Shown here: piece by piece, positions 51,799 through 63,741 of the stretch | Numbering within the stretch: the stretch's first letter is position 1 | Layout: the number at the start of each line of letters is the position of its first letter | NCBI GenBank assembly: GCA_022813865.1 | Contig: JALDZX010000001.1 | Span: 744,001 to 808,000, forward strand | From: Xylographa opegraphella | Taxonomy: Eukaryota | Direction: 5' to 3' | DNA length: 64,000 bases | The notes under the pieces: model-generated | The model's input: only the letters and a program-made list of their open reading frames with translations | What the model was told of the DNA's origin: nothing | The model's database searches: none | Position numbers and translations under genes: made by a program

Positions 51799-54505
51799 AT
51801 GGCTGCTCCTGTCACAGATCAGATCGCCAAGCTCGAAGCAGCACGTCACCTCGTTCTCTCCGACGCCACCCATTATGCTGCCATTGTCCCAGGAATTCTG
51901 CCGATCATCGGAGCACAATCGCATCTAGAAATACGGAGGTGGGGCGCCGACTTCCTAGCAGAAGCATTTGCTAGCCCAGCACTTTCGTTACAAGGAAAGG
52001 AGAGTCTCAGCGTGCAGGTGCTACAGACCTTGAAGGAGTTATTGGAGCTTTCAAATGAGGATACTGGGGTTCTTAAGAGTGTCATTCAGGCTGCAGCTAG
52101 CATATATGGCTTGATTTTCAGATACATGTACGTGGAACCCCTACACAGCTCCTGTAGAGCCTCTATCCCTGCCGTCGGATCTTAGACACCAACCCGGGCT
52201 TGCGGCTTGCAGCTGGAATTTTCTCGTGACGGACAGTGTCTTACATGTCTACCATGTGTCTAGTATCAATAATCCTCATGATTCACAAACATGGGAACGA
52301 ATGGCCGCTATCAAGTCCAATATTCTGAAAAGATGGGATTCCGCTGCCCCTGGTGTCCGCATATGCTGTATCAAATTCGTACAAAGAGTGGTTCAGGTCC
52401 AAACACCAGGATTGATAGCAGATCCTCGAGTGCGTTCTATCCTACCTTGCCTTTTTCCAACATTGGATCTGCTGACCAGCTCAATACAGCGTCCTGAACA
52501 GAATGAGATATCCTTGGCTCTTGTTCCACGGGATCATCCCCTAATCCCACCACCTAACCTTGAGGCTGAAGCATCCGGCCTACTTGACCGCTTGCTGAAT
52601 GTCTTCTATGATGGTAGCAGGTATGTATTATGAATTGTATCTCGTGATAGCAGCACTTGACGCCGATGATCTAGCGATGCTGTACTCGTCAATGCAACCT
52701 TGAACTGTCTGAGCATCCTCGTCCGAACTCGTGGATCGGTTGCCAATAAAATAGTATCTACCATCTTAAGCTTCAATCCATTAAAGTTAGCCAATGCCCC
52801 CATGTCCCCGAAATCGAAAGTGCATATCAAATCGATGGAAAGGACAACTCGAGCTTTTCTTATGAATGTATACCGAAGGTCTGTTTAGTGAAGTCTGTCG
52901 CTGCGGAAGCATGTACTGAATCTTAACAGAAATGAGAACGGCCCCTTTGCTGCTCGCATAAAACAACATGTTGATCGACTGACCCAGTCTCGCATGGAAA
53001 TATTCGATGAAGGAAACAGAAAGAGAAGTGCTCCTGTTGAGCCTACTGATGGACTTGATGACGCCAAACGAAGGCGGCTTGGTGCGGAGGTAACTGCACA
53101 AAAAACAATTCCTCCGTTACCTCCAGGCCCTACGAGCATTGCACAACTATATACTTTGACCAGTGAAGAAGGGCTACGATCATTCGACGTGACTCAATTG
53201 CCAATCGACCTCGTAGTAAGGATAGCCCTGCCAGTACTGCAGCGCATAGACCAAGGGTTACTTAACAACGCCGTCAACGGTGTACGGTCACGATATCTTG
53301 CTCTCGGCAAAACTCAGCAAACTCAAACGCAAGGTCCAACCTCACTACCCCTCACCTCGGCCATCGACGAGGATGAAGACGACTATGAGCCGGACTTTGA
53401 ACCTACCGAGGACAGCGAGCAGATTCTCAACAAAGAAGATGGTCTCTCCGCTCTTGAAGTTCGACAGGAGCCTAAGGACTTGGCGCTCGGTCCTTTCAAA
53501 CTCCCCCAGCCACCGCCCCTGACATCTGAAGAAGCTGAGAAGCTCGGTAAGGGTACTATAAGTCGGGTGTTCAGTATGATGAGTGTATTGGAGGAGCCTA
53601 CGAAAGCACCCAAACCTGGTATACACCGGCTTGCAGGCAGTAATTACGACAAAGAGGCCTGGATCACAGTAATTACAAGACTCGCAACCCGAGTGTCCTC
53701 TGGCCTGCAAGGCGCCGAGGACGACGTTAAAAATGAGGCCGAGCAAACCGGGACAATCGCTACGCACAAGGGCCATAGTCTAGCAGACGGTATTCGCGAA
53801 ACTCTCTGGAAGTATGTCATAGATGACTTCCGCTTTCGAATCCCAATAGCGATTGCTTGGCTCAACGAAGAATGGTATAACGACCGTATCATGGAGATGC
53901 AATCGGCGAGGTCGAATCAACAGAACAGTGGCTCAAATTCTCATCCTCAGAACTACGAAAAATGGGTGCTGAAGCTTCTTGACGGCATAATTCCATACCT
54001 AGATGCAAAGGACAAGGTACTGATTCGCTTTCTGTCGGAAATACCTGGCATTAGTGAGGCTGTGCTGGGAAGGATTAAGAATATTGCTAGGGATCCGGAT
54101 AGGGTGACGCTGGCCGTCAATGCGATACAGTAAGTTGCTGCTATAGTTCCAAGACCCGAGGGTGTGTAATGCTAACACTTTATCTACAGTTATCTAGTTC
54201 TCCTTCGACCACCTGTTCGCGAGATGTGCCTTGACACTTTAGAGTATATGTGGAGGAATTGTACGCTTCCCATCTTCCATGTGTCGATGATCTAGTCGCT
54301 AACCTGAGTAGACGATGACGCTCGAGCTCCCACACGAAAATTGCTCGCCAAATGGCGGCCTCACGTGCTCGAAGCCGACACTGCAAACACTGTCCAGCCA
54401 CAGGCAAAACAACTACCCGCGAACACAGCGCCAACGCCACCAAACGAGCAGTCTGCGCGGGCGAAGCAAGAAATGGCACCCAGCGCTGTCGCTGCTGCGG
54501 GTTAA
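51799..54505 (+). CDS. PTA1: Symplekin/Pta1 cleavage and polyadenylation factor subunit
   Basis: RRWGADFLAEAF, VRICCIKFVQRVV, LEAEASGLLDRLL, KSMERTTRA, AIAWLNEEWYND, LIRFLSEIP; six introns; stop 54503-54505. Confidence 0.92.
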
Positions 54506-55303
54506 ACAACCTCCACCTGCGTTGTGTAAGATGATTGAAGCTGCATATGAACGGAGTTGGGTATGTGTACTACGAGTTGCATCGGGTGCATTCGAGAAGC
54601 GGGCTTGCATGCATGCATACGTGCTATCGCATAAGAGGGATCGTGTAAGGAGGTCTGGGACGCTCGGAAGCCTTGAGTCATTGTCTGCACTGGATGAAGG
54701 GCATGGAGAGGTCATAGCGAAACTTGCGCAGACAGGCATATTAGTTGAAAGTTTTGATCTCAGGATAGTTCATTTCGTGATGACTGAAGATCTACTCCCC
54801 AGTCCCATTTGCCTGAGTCGTGGTTCTGTTGCTATATAATAGTCGTCGTTGGTTCTCCGGCTCCGCTGGGTTACTTCTCCCGCTTCTCTGCATTCGCCGA
54901 ACCCATCCCGCTGCACTTTGTCCCCATCAGCACCTGCCCTCCGATTGCGTAGCTGCTGGTACAATTGCAACTAGCTGGCAAGGTCGTCAAGCGTAGGAGT
55001 TACTGTGTCCGGCTCTGTTTCCGTCCTCGCTCCTATAGTCCGCACCGTATCGAGTGGTGCGGGATGAAGAAGCCCGATTAGGCATGTTCAGGAACAGCTT
55101 TTGTGCTCCGAGGAGCATCAGTACCAGTGGACACACTTCGAGCTGTCACCAGGACTCGGACACCGCAGCTTGCGAGCAGCGTAGGCTGCACGGCCGCTCG
55201 TAGCATCAGGGTGATGAAAAGGAGGCCATGTGACTGCCTCAGCAGCTCCAGTCCTCTGCCGTATGACGCATTTAACAGAACTCCCACCGCTTAGCCGACC
55301 GGC

Positions 55304-56599
55304 TCAAGAGCGCGCCTTACTCTTATCGCACGACGTCTTGCAGCTGCAGCCGAATGTAGCCAGCTTCTTATCCAGCGCCTCATGTGCCTCCTCCACATTC
55401 TCCACCGCCGAGGACTTCGCCTTCCCGTCCTTCCACGCTCGTAGACTAGTCGCGAAGGCGGCGCACCATGGCTCCAGATGCGCCGCCATGTTGAAGGATA
55501 GGCGCGGATGCTGCTCGTGCGGCCACTGGTAGGTGCCGTCGACGTCGAGGTGGGATAACGAGACCCATTGCTCTTCGTGCCCGGATTGAGGGCCAGCATC
55601 GACGCCTGAAGAGGGCAGCACGGTCTTCCGCCCCGTCCGGGTCAACGAGTCCTGCTGCAAAAAATGATCGAGTACGAAATTTGCAATCTTGGCACGCAGC
55701 CGGTCGCGGCCGTCGAGACCAGCTTTCGAGGCGTCGAAGACGGAAAGGAGCGTCTCGAGGCCGTTGCCCTGGACGAATTTCCACAAGTGCGTGTGGTCTT
55801 GGCATAGTGCCGAGAGAAGGTACACGAAGCGTGTGAGAAGTTGGGGGAGCTGCTCGTGGAGGAGAGCTGTCAACACAGCTTCCATAGGCCCTGTAGGCAG
55901 CTCGTCGTTATAGAAGTGATTGAGAGCAGCGGTGAAGGCGGCGGGGTTGTTCTGGATTGCGGTGCCGAAAACGAGGGCGGCGGCCCCTTGGACGTGCGGA
56001 GATGAGACATTGGGTTTGAAGAGGCTAAAGAGCTTGAGGACTACGTCAGAGTCTTGGGCCACTTGGAGGCCCCAATAGATGTCGTGGGAGAGGTCTTCGA
56101 GCGTTTCGAGCGCGGAGAGGAGGACGGCAGGCTTGGAAACCGGGGCTGTGGCGAATTCGGCTTTGCTCTGCTCGAAGGTGAGACCATCGGCTGAGTCGGG
56201 TACTGGAGGATGGACGGGGCCGTGGATACTGCTCTGGAGGGCTTTCTGAGCTTGCGTAGATCTTCCGCGGATACCATTGTCCGGCTCTGGGGTGTCTACG
56301 ATTGCGATGTCTAATGTACTGGGTAAGAGCTCGGTGTCTCGCTCGTCAGCTATGTTGAGTTTCGCCTCCTTCCTTCCGGTAGTGAGATCGAGGCGAACAT
56401 GTAGACCTGCCGGGAGGTCTTGGTCGTCGTGTATCGGCTGAAAAGAGGTCGATGGCTGGAAGGTTTTGGGGTAACACTCCGAGACATGACCGGTATGACA
56501 GATGAGATCAACTGAAGCTTGAGGAGATGGAACATTCGCTCTGGTACTGAAGCTCAACGCGAGTAAAGTACATATGATGGGCAGGATATTAGCGAACAT
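55304..56599 (-). CDS. SIL1: ER nucleotide exchange factor Sil1
   Basis: Signal peptide; LICH..ECYPKTFQP..FQPIHDDQDLPAGLHVRLDLTTGRKEAKLN; LEDLSHDIYWG; AIQNNP. The 3' end is uncertain. Confidence 0.9.
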   Translation of the reverse strand: MFANILPIICTLLALSFSTRANVPSPQASVDLICHTGHVSECYPKTFQPSTSFQPIHDDQDLPAGLHVRLDLTTGRKEAKLNIADERDTELLPSTLDIAIVDTPEPDNGIRGRSTQAQKALQSSIHGPVHPPVPDSADGLTFEQSKAEFATAPVSKPAVLLSALETLEDLSHDIYWGLQVAQDSDVVLKLFSLFKPNVSSPHVQGAAALVFGTAIQNNPAAFTAALNHFYNDELPTGPMEAVLTALLHEQLPQLLTRFVYLLSALCQDHTHLWKFVQGNGLETLLSVFDASKAGLDGRDRLRAKIANFVLDHFLQQDSLTRTGRKTVLPSSGVDAGPQSGHEEQWVSLSHLDVDGTYQWPHEQHPRLSFNMAAHLEPWCAAFATSLRAWKDGKAKSSAVENVEEAHEALDKKLATFGCSCKTSCDKSKARS

Positions 56600-59191
56600 T
56601 GCTGATATCTGACAGATATGTATGACAGGTGGACGAATTGAGAAAGAGAAGAGATGCGCTTATTAACATGGTAGATACATTTAAGATGAGTCACTGCGAG
56701 GTCTAGAGCAGAGGGAATTCAATTGATGCCTGTCAAGTGATTTCAAAGATGTTCGAGTGCTCAGGAGAAGTGGACTATCTGGCATCTATACTCGATTTTC
56801 ATTGGTTGGCTGTGATAGCATGACTCAGGACTGACTAAGTAGTGCTCCAAGGTCGCTCGTCCCTTAGCCAAGAACTCTAACCTGTTATAGTAATCCACAC
56901 TACGTAGTACCCTTGGGCTTAAGGCGCCGCCCTCTAGGAACAGAGGCAACGACCTCAACGGCAAGAATTAATCCTACACCTATCTGTTGCAGACTATCGA
57001 CGCTTCGATGATTTTGAGGCCGAAAAGGGGCCTGCGAGACTTGTCGCCATAAACTATGGCAACTTTCCGTATAGTGTGCTCAACAGATCATACAGACTTG
57101 CGCGGTCTTCTGCGTCGTATAGTTCGTACTGCCACGAGAGGCTGACCACAGTGATATTGATCTCCTTGGGTCATTATCGTGGATCTCGGTACTATATCCA
57201 TGCGACATAATCGTCCATGGAAGCTCAGACTGCTTTTGTCCGCCTATTTCTTTTCGACATCGGCTATATGCTGTTTACCGCTTCCAGATGTGAGAAGCGA
57301 CACCATGACGTTCTTGTTCCAATTTCATCTACTATAACCCTCGGACGTCATCGGCTTCAGAATCGAGAAGCTTGAGGCGAGAAGCAAATCTCAAACTCTA
57401 TAAAGAAGTCCATCAGTGGTAGTTAAACATGGCAGATGGCAGCACAGCCGCGAAGTAATGAAAGTACTGGATCGATCTTTACAAGTGGGCGAACTACCTC
57501 TTGTGCCGAAGACATTCGAATTTCAAGCAATTGAGATTTCTTCTAAGCGTATAACAAAGATTGTTGAGTATTCAGCTTTCGACGAGGAAGTGTCCAGGGA
57601 AGCAGCTTTCACGACCTCAAGCCTGCCGACAAGATTGTAACGACCTCCGCCCACGGTCACGCTAAAGATTCAGATAGCACTGCATCTACACTCCGAGTCG
57701 AAGCGCAATATCGCAACGCTCGAGGTCTTGCTCGTCTCATATAAGAAGGGGAACGATCTGTTAGAGTCCAACTCGCATTACGTATCAGCTCTGGAGCACA
57801 TCTTCACTTACATCTCTTATTCCGATGCGGAGGTCTGTGACATCCCTAGCAGAACCAGCCATAAAGCCATGAAGCAAAAACCCAACAGGCTCACAGGTGA
57901 TGATGATGCAAAAGGCCTCAAGATCTTTTACTTTGCAGGCCATGTTGCCCAAAATGACTCGTCAGCGTTGACATTGGGAAAGTATGCTGCTCCTAAACTG
58001 GCGTTCAGTAGCTCTTGTAGCCCGAGGTCACAGGATGAACAGTCAGTATCGAGGCACGTGGCTAGCAGTACCACACTACTGCTCTATATTATGTATATTG
58101 CACAACCCTCCTCCACTACGCGCAACCTCCTAACCATTTGTTCTCACCTCCCCTCCACCCCCCTTCAATTCCAACCCCCTTCAGTCAACCTCCCACCCAC
58201 CCTCTCCTCCCCACCTACCCTCTCCTCCCCACCTGGCATTGCCTCGCGGACATCCCAACCCTTCGGTCCCCATCCCCGTCCCACAAAAAGTCAGCACATC
58301 TCCACTGACATCTCTAACCCCTCTCTACCAGTCCTCCATCCATCTCTCTATCAACCAAAAAACCAGATAACACATCTCGAGTCCCACGTCCACCAAGCAG
58401 CGCCATTCCTCGCCGCCGCCGGGAAAGTGCCCTCCATCACCCGTCATTACCAGCCGAAACGAAAGACGCAAGGGAGAACTAAAGTAGAAAGGAGAAGAAA
58501 AAAACACAAATCAGCCTTATCCATACGAAGTGAAGATATCCAGGGCGGAGAGGCGGACGGAGGAAAGGAAGGAAGAGAATCAGTCAGACAGTATCTTCCA
58601 GGCGAGTTCACCAAGCATACGGCGAGGGCTGGCATTGTGGCGGAGTCGTGTTGCAGGATATGTGCAATGATCTGATGAGGTGACGCCGCCGAAAGGGGGA
58701 GACGAAACGAACGAGGTTGACCCAGTCACTTGTGGAACGCAGAGGGGTTAAGTGGGGCCGAGAAGTAGGACGATATGGGCCACGCCAGCTTGGCAGAAGC
58801 GGAGACTGTTGAATACTTGAGGGCCGGGAGTGGTGCCACGCCGGAGTGTGAGAAATGGATCGGAGGGTGCCGAAGGAGAGCGTAGGTCGAGAAAGAACAT
58901 TAACGCATACCCCGGTGAACCCGGGATATGCATCTTTTCAACACAGAGCTCGTTTGGTAACGAGCGGGGGCAGTCACTGGAATGGAAGAGTGCAGCTGAG
59001 AAAAAGGGACTCGGACTTCCTAGATAACATATCAGCGGACACCACTTCGCAGACAACTTTCAACACCTCGAATGCCTCATGATAGATAAGATGCCATGCC
59101 GAAATTCATTCAAGATCAGAGAACCAAAGGGTATCAGATGCCGACTCCACCGCGCAATGCAAATACCAAGCACATCATGAGATCATCCCGT

Positions 59192-60040
59192 TCACTGATG
59201 ATCATTTTCGTCGCACTCTTGCAGCCAGTCTGTGACTCTTTCCGCCCGCTCCAGTTGCATCACTTCCTTGGTCCTCCCGGTGGAGTAGACTTCCGGATCT
59301 GCATCGTCCTCGTAACAGACAAGACACCACACCCGACCTTCCGCTCCAACCTCCAGACAGCATTTCCTGCATACATTTCTCCCTTCTGTACTGATAGGTA
59401 CCGTGGACGGTGTAGACGACAAGCGAGGTAGATTCAATAGCTGACAGCGAGGGCCGTCACATGTTCGCATACAGACATAGCAGGTCCTTTGCTGGCAACT
59501 CTCGCAGTCCGCGTAGCCAGGTAAATCCTGCAGAACTTTGGGCCCCCTGTTACACATATGGCAAGCGTGCAGGTTTGGTTTCTGGATACCGTTGTGGGGG
59601 TCCGAGTATGATCGACCAGGTACGGGCCTGAATTCGGCTCGTGCTCTTAAGGTGGCTCCAAGCTGGACGCGTTTCTTGTTTGGAAAGCCATTGCCTACAG
59701 AAAGCATCCTCGTGGGACTGAGTAGAGGCCGTGAAGAAAGTATGTCTGACAGCAAGCTTGAAGTTGAGGCTGCCGGTGTGGGCAAAGAAGTGTGGTAGAG
59801 GTGGTTGGCTGTAAAAATATCAAGCGGGCCGCTTTGCTTTCAAGTCAGGTCACTTTCACGGAGGATATGAGGACTGAGCCACTCGTACCTCTGGGGGCTT
59901 TCCTGAGCTTCGTACAGCCTCTTCCTTTTCTTCACACTCGATTCCAGCTGCGGAGGTTGGCTGGCTTGCGTCCCGCAAGGGGTTTCAGTCGTCATGGTCA
60001 ATTGTGAGCTCATATCGTCCGAATGTGAAAGAATGTACAT
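59192..60040 (-). CDS. Hypothetical Cys-rich (zinc-finger-like) protein, 2 exons
   Basis: KKRKR NLS in exon 1; CHMC, CESC, CYVC..C, CRKCC, CLVC in exon 2; intron starting GTACGA near 59888. Confidence 0.65.
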
Positions 60041-61941
60041 GTCGGCAATAAAGAAGAATATGTACAGCAACGCGGACGCGGTCAGACAGTGAATTGCAAA
60101 AGATGGTAACGTCGTGAGTAGGTGAGCGGAGGTTCGAAGAAGCTCCGAGCTTTCTTTGAAGCCACCCACGCTTATGCTTACACTCACGCTTACGCTTACG
60201 CTTTACGCTGTCTCCGGCCCGAGGGGCCCTTGTTCTAGACCGAGTCCAGCGGGCTGTCACCGCGGCGTTAGGGACTAACGCGTAGACGCATGAGGGGAGG
60301 TTACAGCGCATAAACCCAATAATGGGTGACCACTGATCCGATCTGCATTCATCCTCCACCTTGCTCCGAGATAGAGTCTTCTGTTGAACTTCATCCACCC
60401 TGTCCCGATGGAGCGAGACACCCGAGACACCCGACATACGTTCACGTAGGATGCTCTTGAACCATTTGAGCTGAGCTGCCCGCGCCGTTCAGCTCGTCAG
60501 CGTTATCACAAGCCAGCACATTGATTGGTACAACGGCTCCGTTCTCGTGTCTATGTTGTCACCGCTACGGCATTCCCTATCTATTTCGGGAAGAAGTGAT
60601 CTATCCGCACGATACGACGGCGAGGTTATATAGGAGTATCGTCTCGCACATGAGTGAAAAATGGCCATCAGCTCAATAGCTCTGCTATCAGCAAGACTAC
60701 AAACTACACTACAGGGACTCCGAATTCATGGATTTGACATCCGAGCACTTCCTGTCAGTCTCACAAATGCTAGAGGTGTATAGTGAAGCTTCGGAACATG
60801 CTTTGCCCTTGTACGTCGGGTGGGATTGCCAGGATATCGAGCACCCTCGTCGTGCATACGGTAGCATATCATAGTTCGAAGATTGTCCGCAACTCTGCAC
60901 CTGGAAGACAGAGACTTCGCCTACTCGCGGGCTCGGATAAGCATCAGATGGGACTGCAATACAATGGTGTCTGACAGGGAGAGGTAAGGAAAGCGGCCAC
61001 AAAGGCGCACGTAGACACGATATATCCTATGAGGATCGAGTAGATGCGCGTAAAAAGTCAATTACAAGAATATCAAGTTATTTACAGCAAATTACAACGC
61101 CCCTGAGACCGTTATTATAAAAGTTTCTGAGAAACAACTCGTGAAGTCAGAAGCCGCAATCAAAACCGCAGCTTGGGACGGCACATTCCAATTGCAACTG
61201 CCATCAAAAGCCGCTATACGGAGTACCACACATTGGTCCCCTGTAAACGAAGCCCCAAACTCAGAAGAAAGTTTCTCACCCCGTCCAACACGCTTCGCAC
61301 TACGATACCTCTTGTGCCAAAGAAATTCCAGTGGCTAGACACGGCTGAAGCTTAGGTAGGTAGCATTCGCAGAAAGACAGGTCACGCATGCGTAGTGCAG
61401 CTCACGCCGGCCGGAGTCAATTTAGCTGACGGAGAAGGATCTGGATAACAACCCTGCTGGCCGAAGCACAGCTCTAATCTACCTTAAGCTACCTTACCTT
61501 ACTTGTTCGGCCATTGGTCGGATAATGGAATCTGCAGCCGGAGGCTAAGGGCTTGAGACCTCAAGGGCTGAGGGACTTGGCGCGATGGGTGGAGTAGTAG
61601 TACTGGTAGTCGTAGCAGCATTGATCTCAAGTATCTGATATTCGGATGCAGATCAGGCATTCTTCGAATAGCAGAATAGTAGAATAGGATTTCGACAGCG
61701 TGCAAACTAAACTCCTCCCTCAGGTATTTACATCCGAATGTTCACGAGGCTGAGGCAGATTCCTAGTCGTCATCATGCAGACAAGACTACGGATCTACTT
61801 ATTCAGGTCCGCGACCTCCATCGTTCTAAACCGTGGAAGACACATAGGCTACTTTCTTCATACGAGAGTCGTAGCTCCTTTGATGGAGATATCCCAACGA
61901 GAACTCCTTGATCCGTTCCCTCAATTCCTAACGTAGCGGAT

Positions 61942-63741
61942 ATGTCACGGGACAGGCAGGTGCGAGAAGCCGTAGCGGCCATGCTCGCTGAGCGCCCATC
62001 GAACATATCACATCATAACTGGGCTCATATGACTCTGATCGAGAGATTTCCAACGACGATGTTCCGACACTCGCCGTTGAATCCTCAAATGCACGACTTT
62101 CGGCTGCTTACGCTTCTCCCCGGCGGAAGAGATGATACGATCAAGTGTACACTTACGGAGGCTTGTTTGCGAGACAGCCTACGCTATGAGGCCCTGTCAT
62201 ACACCTGGGCTGGTGAACCAGGGGGGTTTCCTATGATTGAAGTAAACGGACTTCAGTTCCCCGTCTCCCCGAACCTCCATCTAGCACTGTCTCATCTGCG
62301 CTCTGAGGTTGTAGATCGAGTCCTGTGGATTGATGCTATCAGCATCGACCAGCTTAATGACAAGGAGAAGGGCGGCCAAATCCAAATGATGGGAGAGATA
62401 TACAAGGGGGCCAGCAGAGTCCTTGTATGGTTGGGACAGGCCGCGGAGGATAGCGACTTGGCTATGAGTCTTATTCCAAAGATCAATACCATTACCTTGG
62501 ATGATGTCCCCTTCAGTATTGAAGACGACGAGAAGCGTAAGGCTTGGGACGCGCTGCTGAGGTTATTCAGGCGTCCGTGGTGGACTCGATGTTGGGTCAT
62601 ACAGGAGATCGCTGCAGCATCTTCTGATCCTTTGGTAGGCTGTGGGAAGGTATGGTTGGATTGGAGTCGCTTTGCACACGCAGTAAATTTGATGAGTGGA
62701 TCTGTCTCTGAGAGAGTGTTGCAGACAGCGAGTCCCACGTTTACTTTGATGCAAATTGTTCGAGACGACAAAACCCACAGAATTCAGGATTTGCTGAAGT
62801 ACTCGGTGCAGTTCGCCGCGACAGAGGCACAGGATATGGTCTTCTCGCTGCTTGGATTAGTGAACGACGACGACAGATCTGCACTCAAGCTGGATTATTC
62901 AAAGTCAGTCAGGCAGGTCTTTACGGAGGTTGCAAAGCATCTTCTCAGGAACGATATCAATGTCCTTTGCTTCTATACTAATTCTTCATGTCACGACCTA
63001 CCATCTTGGGTGCCTGACTGGTCTCGTTTTCAAGCACGATGGCCTTTGTGGATGCCAGGAATGTACAGAGCTGGTAGCGCTCAAAGCAGAAAGATCAGGT
63101 TTATCGGGGATGGTCTCACGTTGATGGCCGAGGGTATCCTCATGGACCAAATAGAACATGTCGATACCAAAAGCCGTTTAACTTTGTCATCATCGCCTGA
63201 TACGGATTCCACACCAGAAGAGGTCGTCGACAATATAGAAGCTCTATTGGAAACCGTTAAGCAGCTCCCAGCATCAAAACGTAAACTTCTCGATCCTCAA
63301 AGATCGGACGCTTTATGGCGGACGCTCGTCACCAATAGATTATTGTTAGGGCGAGCCCACACCATGGGTTCGGAAATTGCTCCACAAAAATTGGGCAAAA
63401 TGTTTGAGGTGTTCCGAAATCGTTCGCCAGTGCCGGCTTTCTTTCATCCTCAGATGCCGCAGCAGCAGAGAAAGCAGGAATATATCAAAGAATTCGTCCA
63501 GAGCATGCAGCTCGGAGACCAGCGGTTCTTCGTGACAGCGGACGGTCGTATGGGAATAGGTCCTCATGCTTTGCGGAAGGACGACGTGCTTGCGATTATA
63601 TTCGGCGCAGATATGCCGTTCGTCTTTCGAGCAAGAGGAGAGAGTTATCAGCTGATAGGATGCTCGTACGTCGACGGTGTCATGAATGGAGAGCTCTTCA
63701 AATCCAAGATGCATGGAAAAAGGACCTTTGTCATCAGATAG
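61942..63741 (+). CDS. Heterokaryon-incompatibility (HET domain, HET-6-like) protein, intronless
   Basis: FRLLTL, YEALSYTW, LWIDAISIDQ, QIQMMGEIYKGA, RPWWTRCWVIQE, LPSWVPDW, FFVTADGRMGIGP, LIGCSYVDGVMNGE. Confidence 0.93.
   Translation: MSRDRQVREAVAAMLAERPSNISHHNWAHMTLIERFPTTMFRHSPLNPQMHDFRLLTLLPGGRDDTIKCTLTEACLRDSLRYEALSYTWAGEPGGFPMIEVNGLQFPVSPNLHLALSHLRSEVVDRVLWIDAISIDQLNDKEKGGQIQMMGEIYKGASRVLVWLGQAAEDSDLAMSLIPKINTITLDDVPFSIEDDEKRKAWDALLRLFRRPWWTRCWVIQEIAAASSDPLVGCGKVWLDWSRFAHAVNLMSGSVSERVLQTASPTFTLMQIVRDDKTHRIQDLLKYSVQFAATEAQDMVFSLLGLVNDDDRSALKLDYSKSVRQVFTEVAKHLLRNDINVLCFYTNSSCHDLPSWVPDWSRFQARWPLWMPGMYRAGSAQSRKIRFIGDGLTLMAEGILMDQIEHVDTKSRLTLSSSPDTDSTPEEVVDNIEALLETVKQLPASKRKLLDPQRSDALWRTLVTNRLLLGRAHTMGSEIAPQKLGKMFEVFRNRSPVPAFFHPQMPQQQRKQEYIKEFVQSMQLGDQRFFVTADGRMGIGPHALRKDDVLAIIFGADMPFVFRARGESYQLIGCSYVDGVMNGELFKSKMHGKRTFVIR

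Noticed and set aside
57728..58675. 315-aa + strand ORF
   Set aside because: Non-ATG start; composition follows the C-to-G skew module; no recognisable motif.
61434..61465. GATCTGGATAA resembling the TPP aptamer core
   Set aside because: No upstream CTGAGA, no closing AGCG-AAGG and no thiamine gene.
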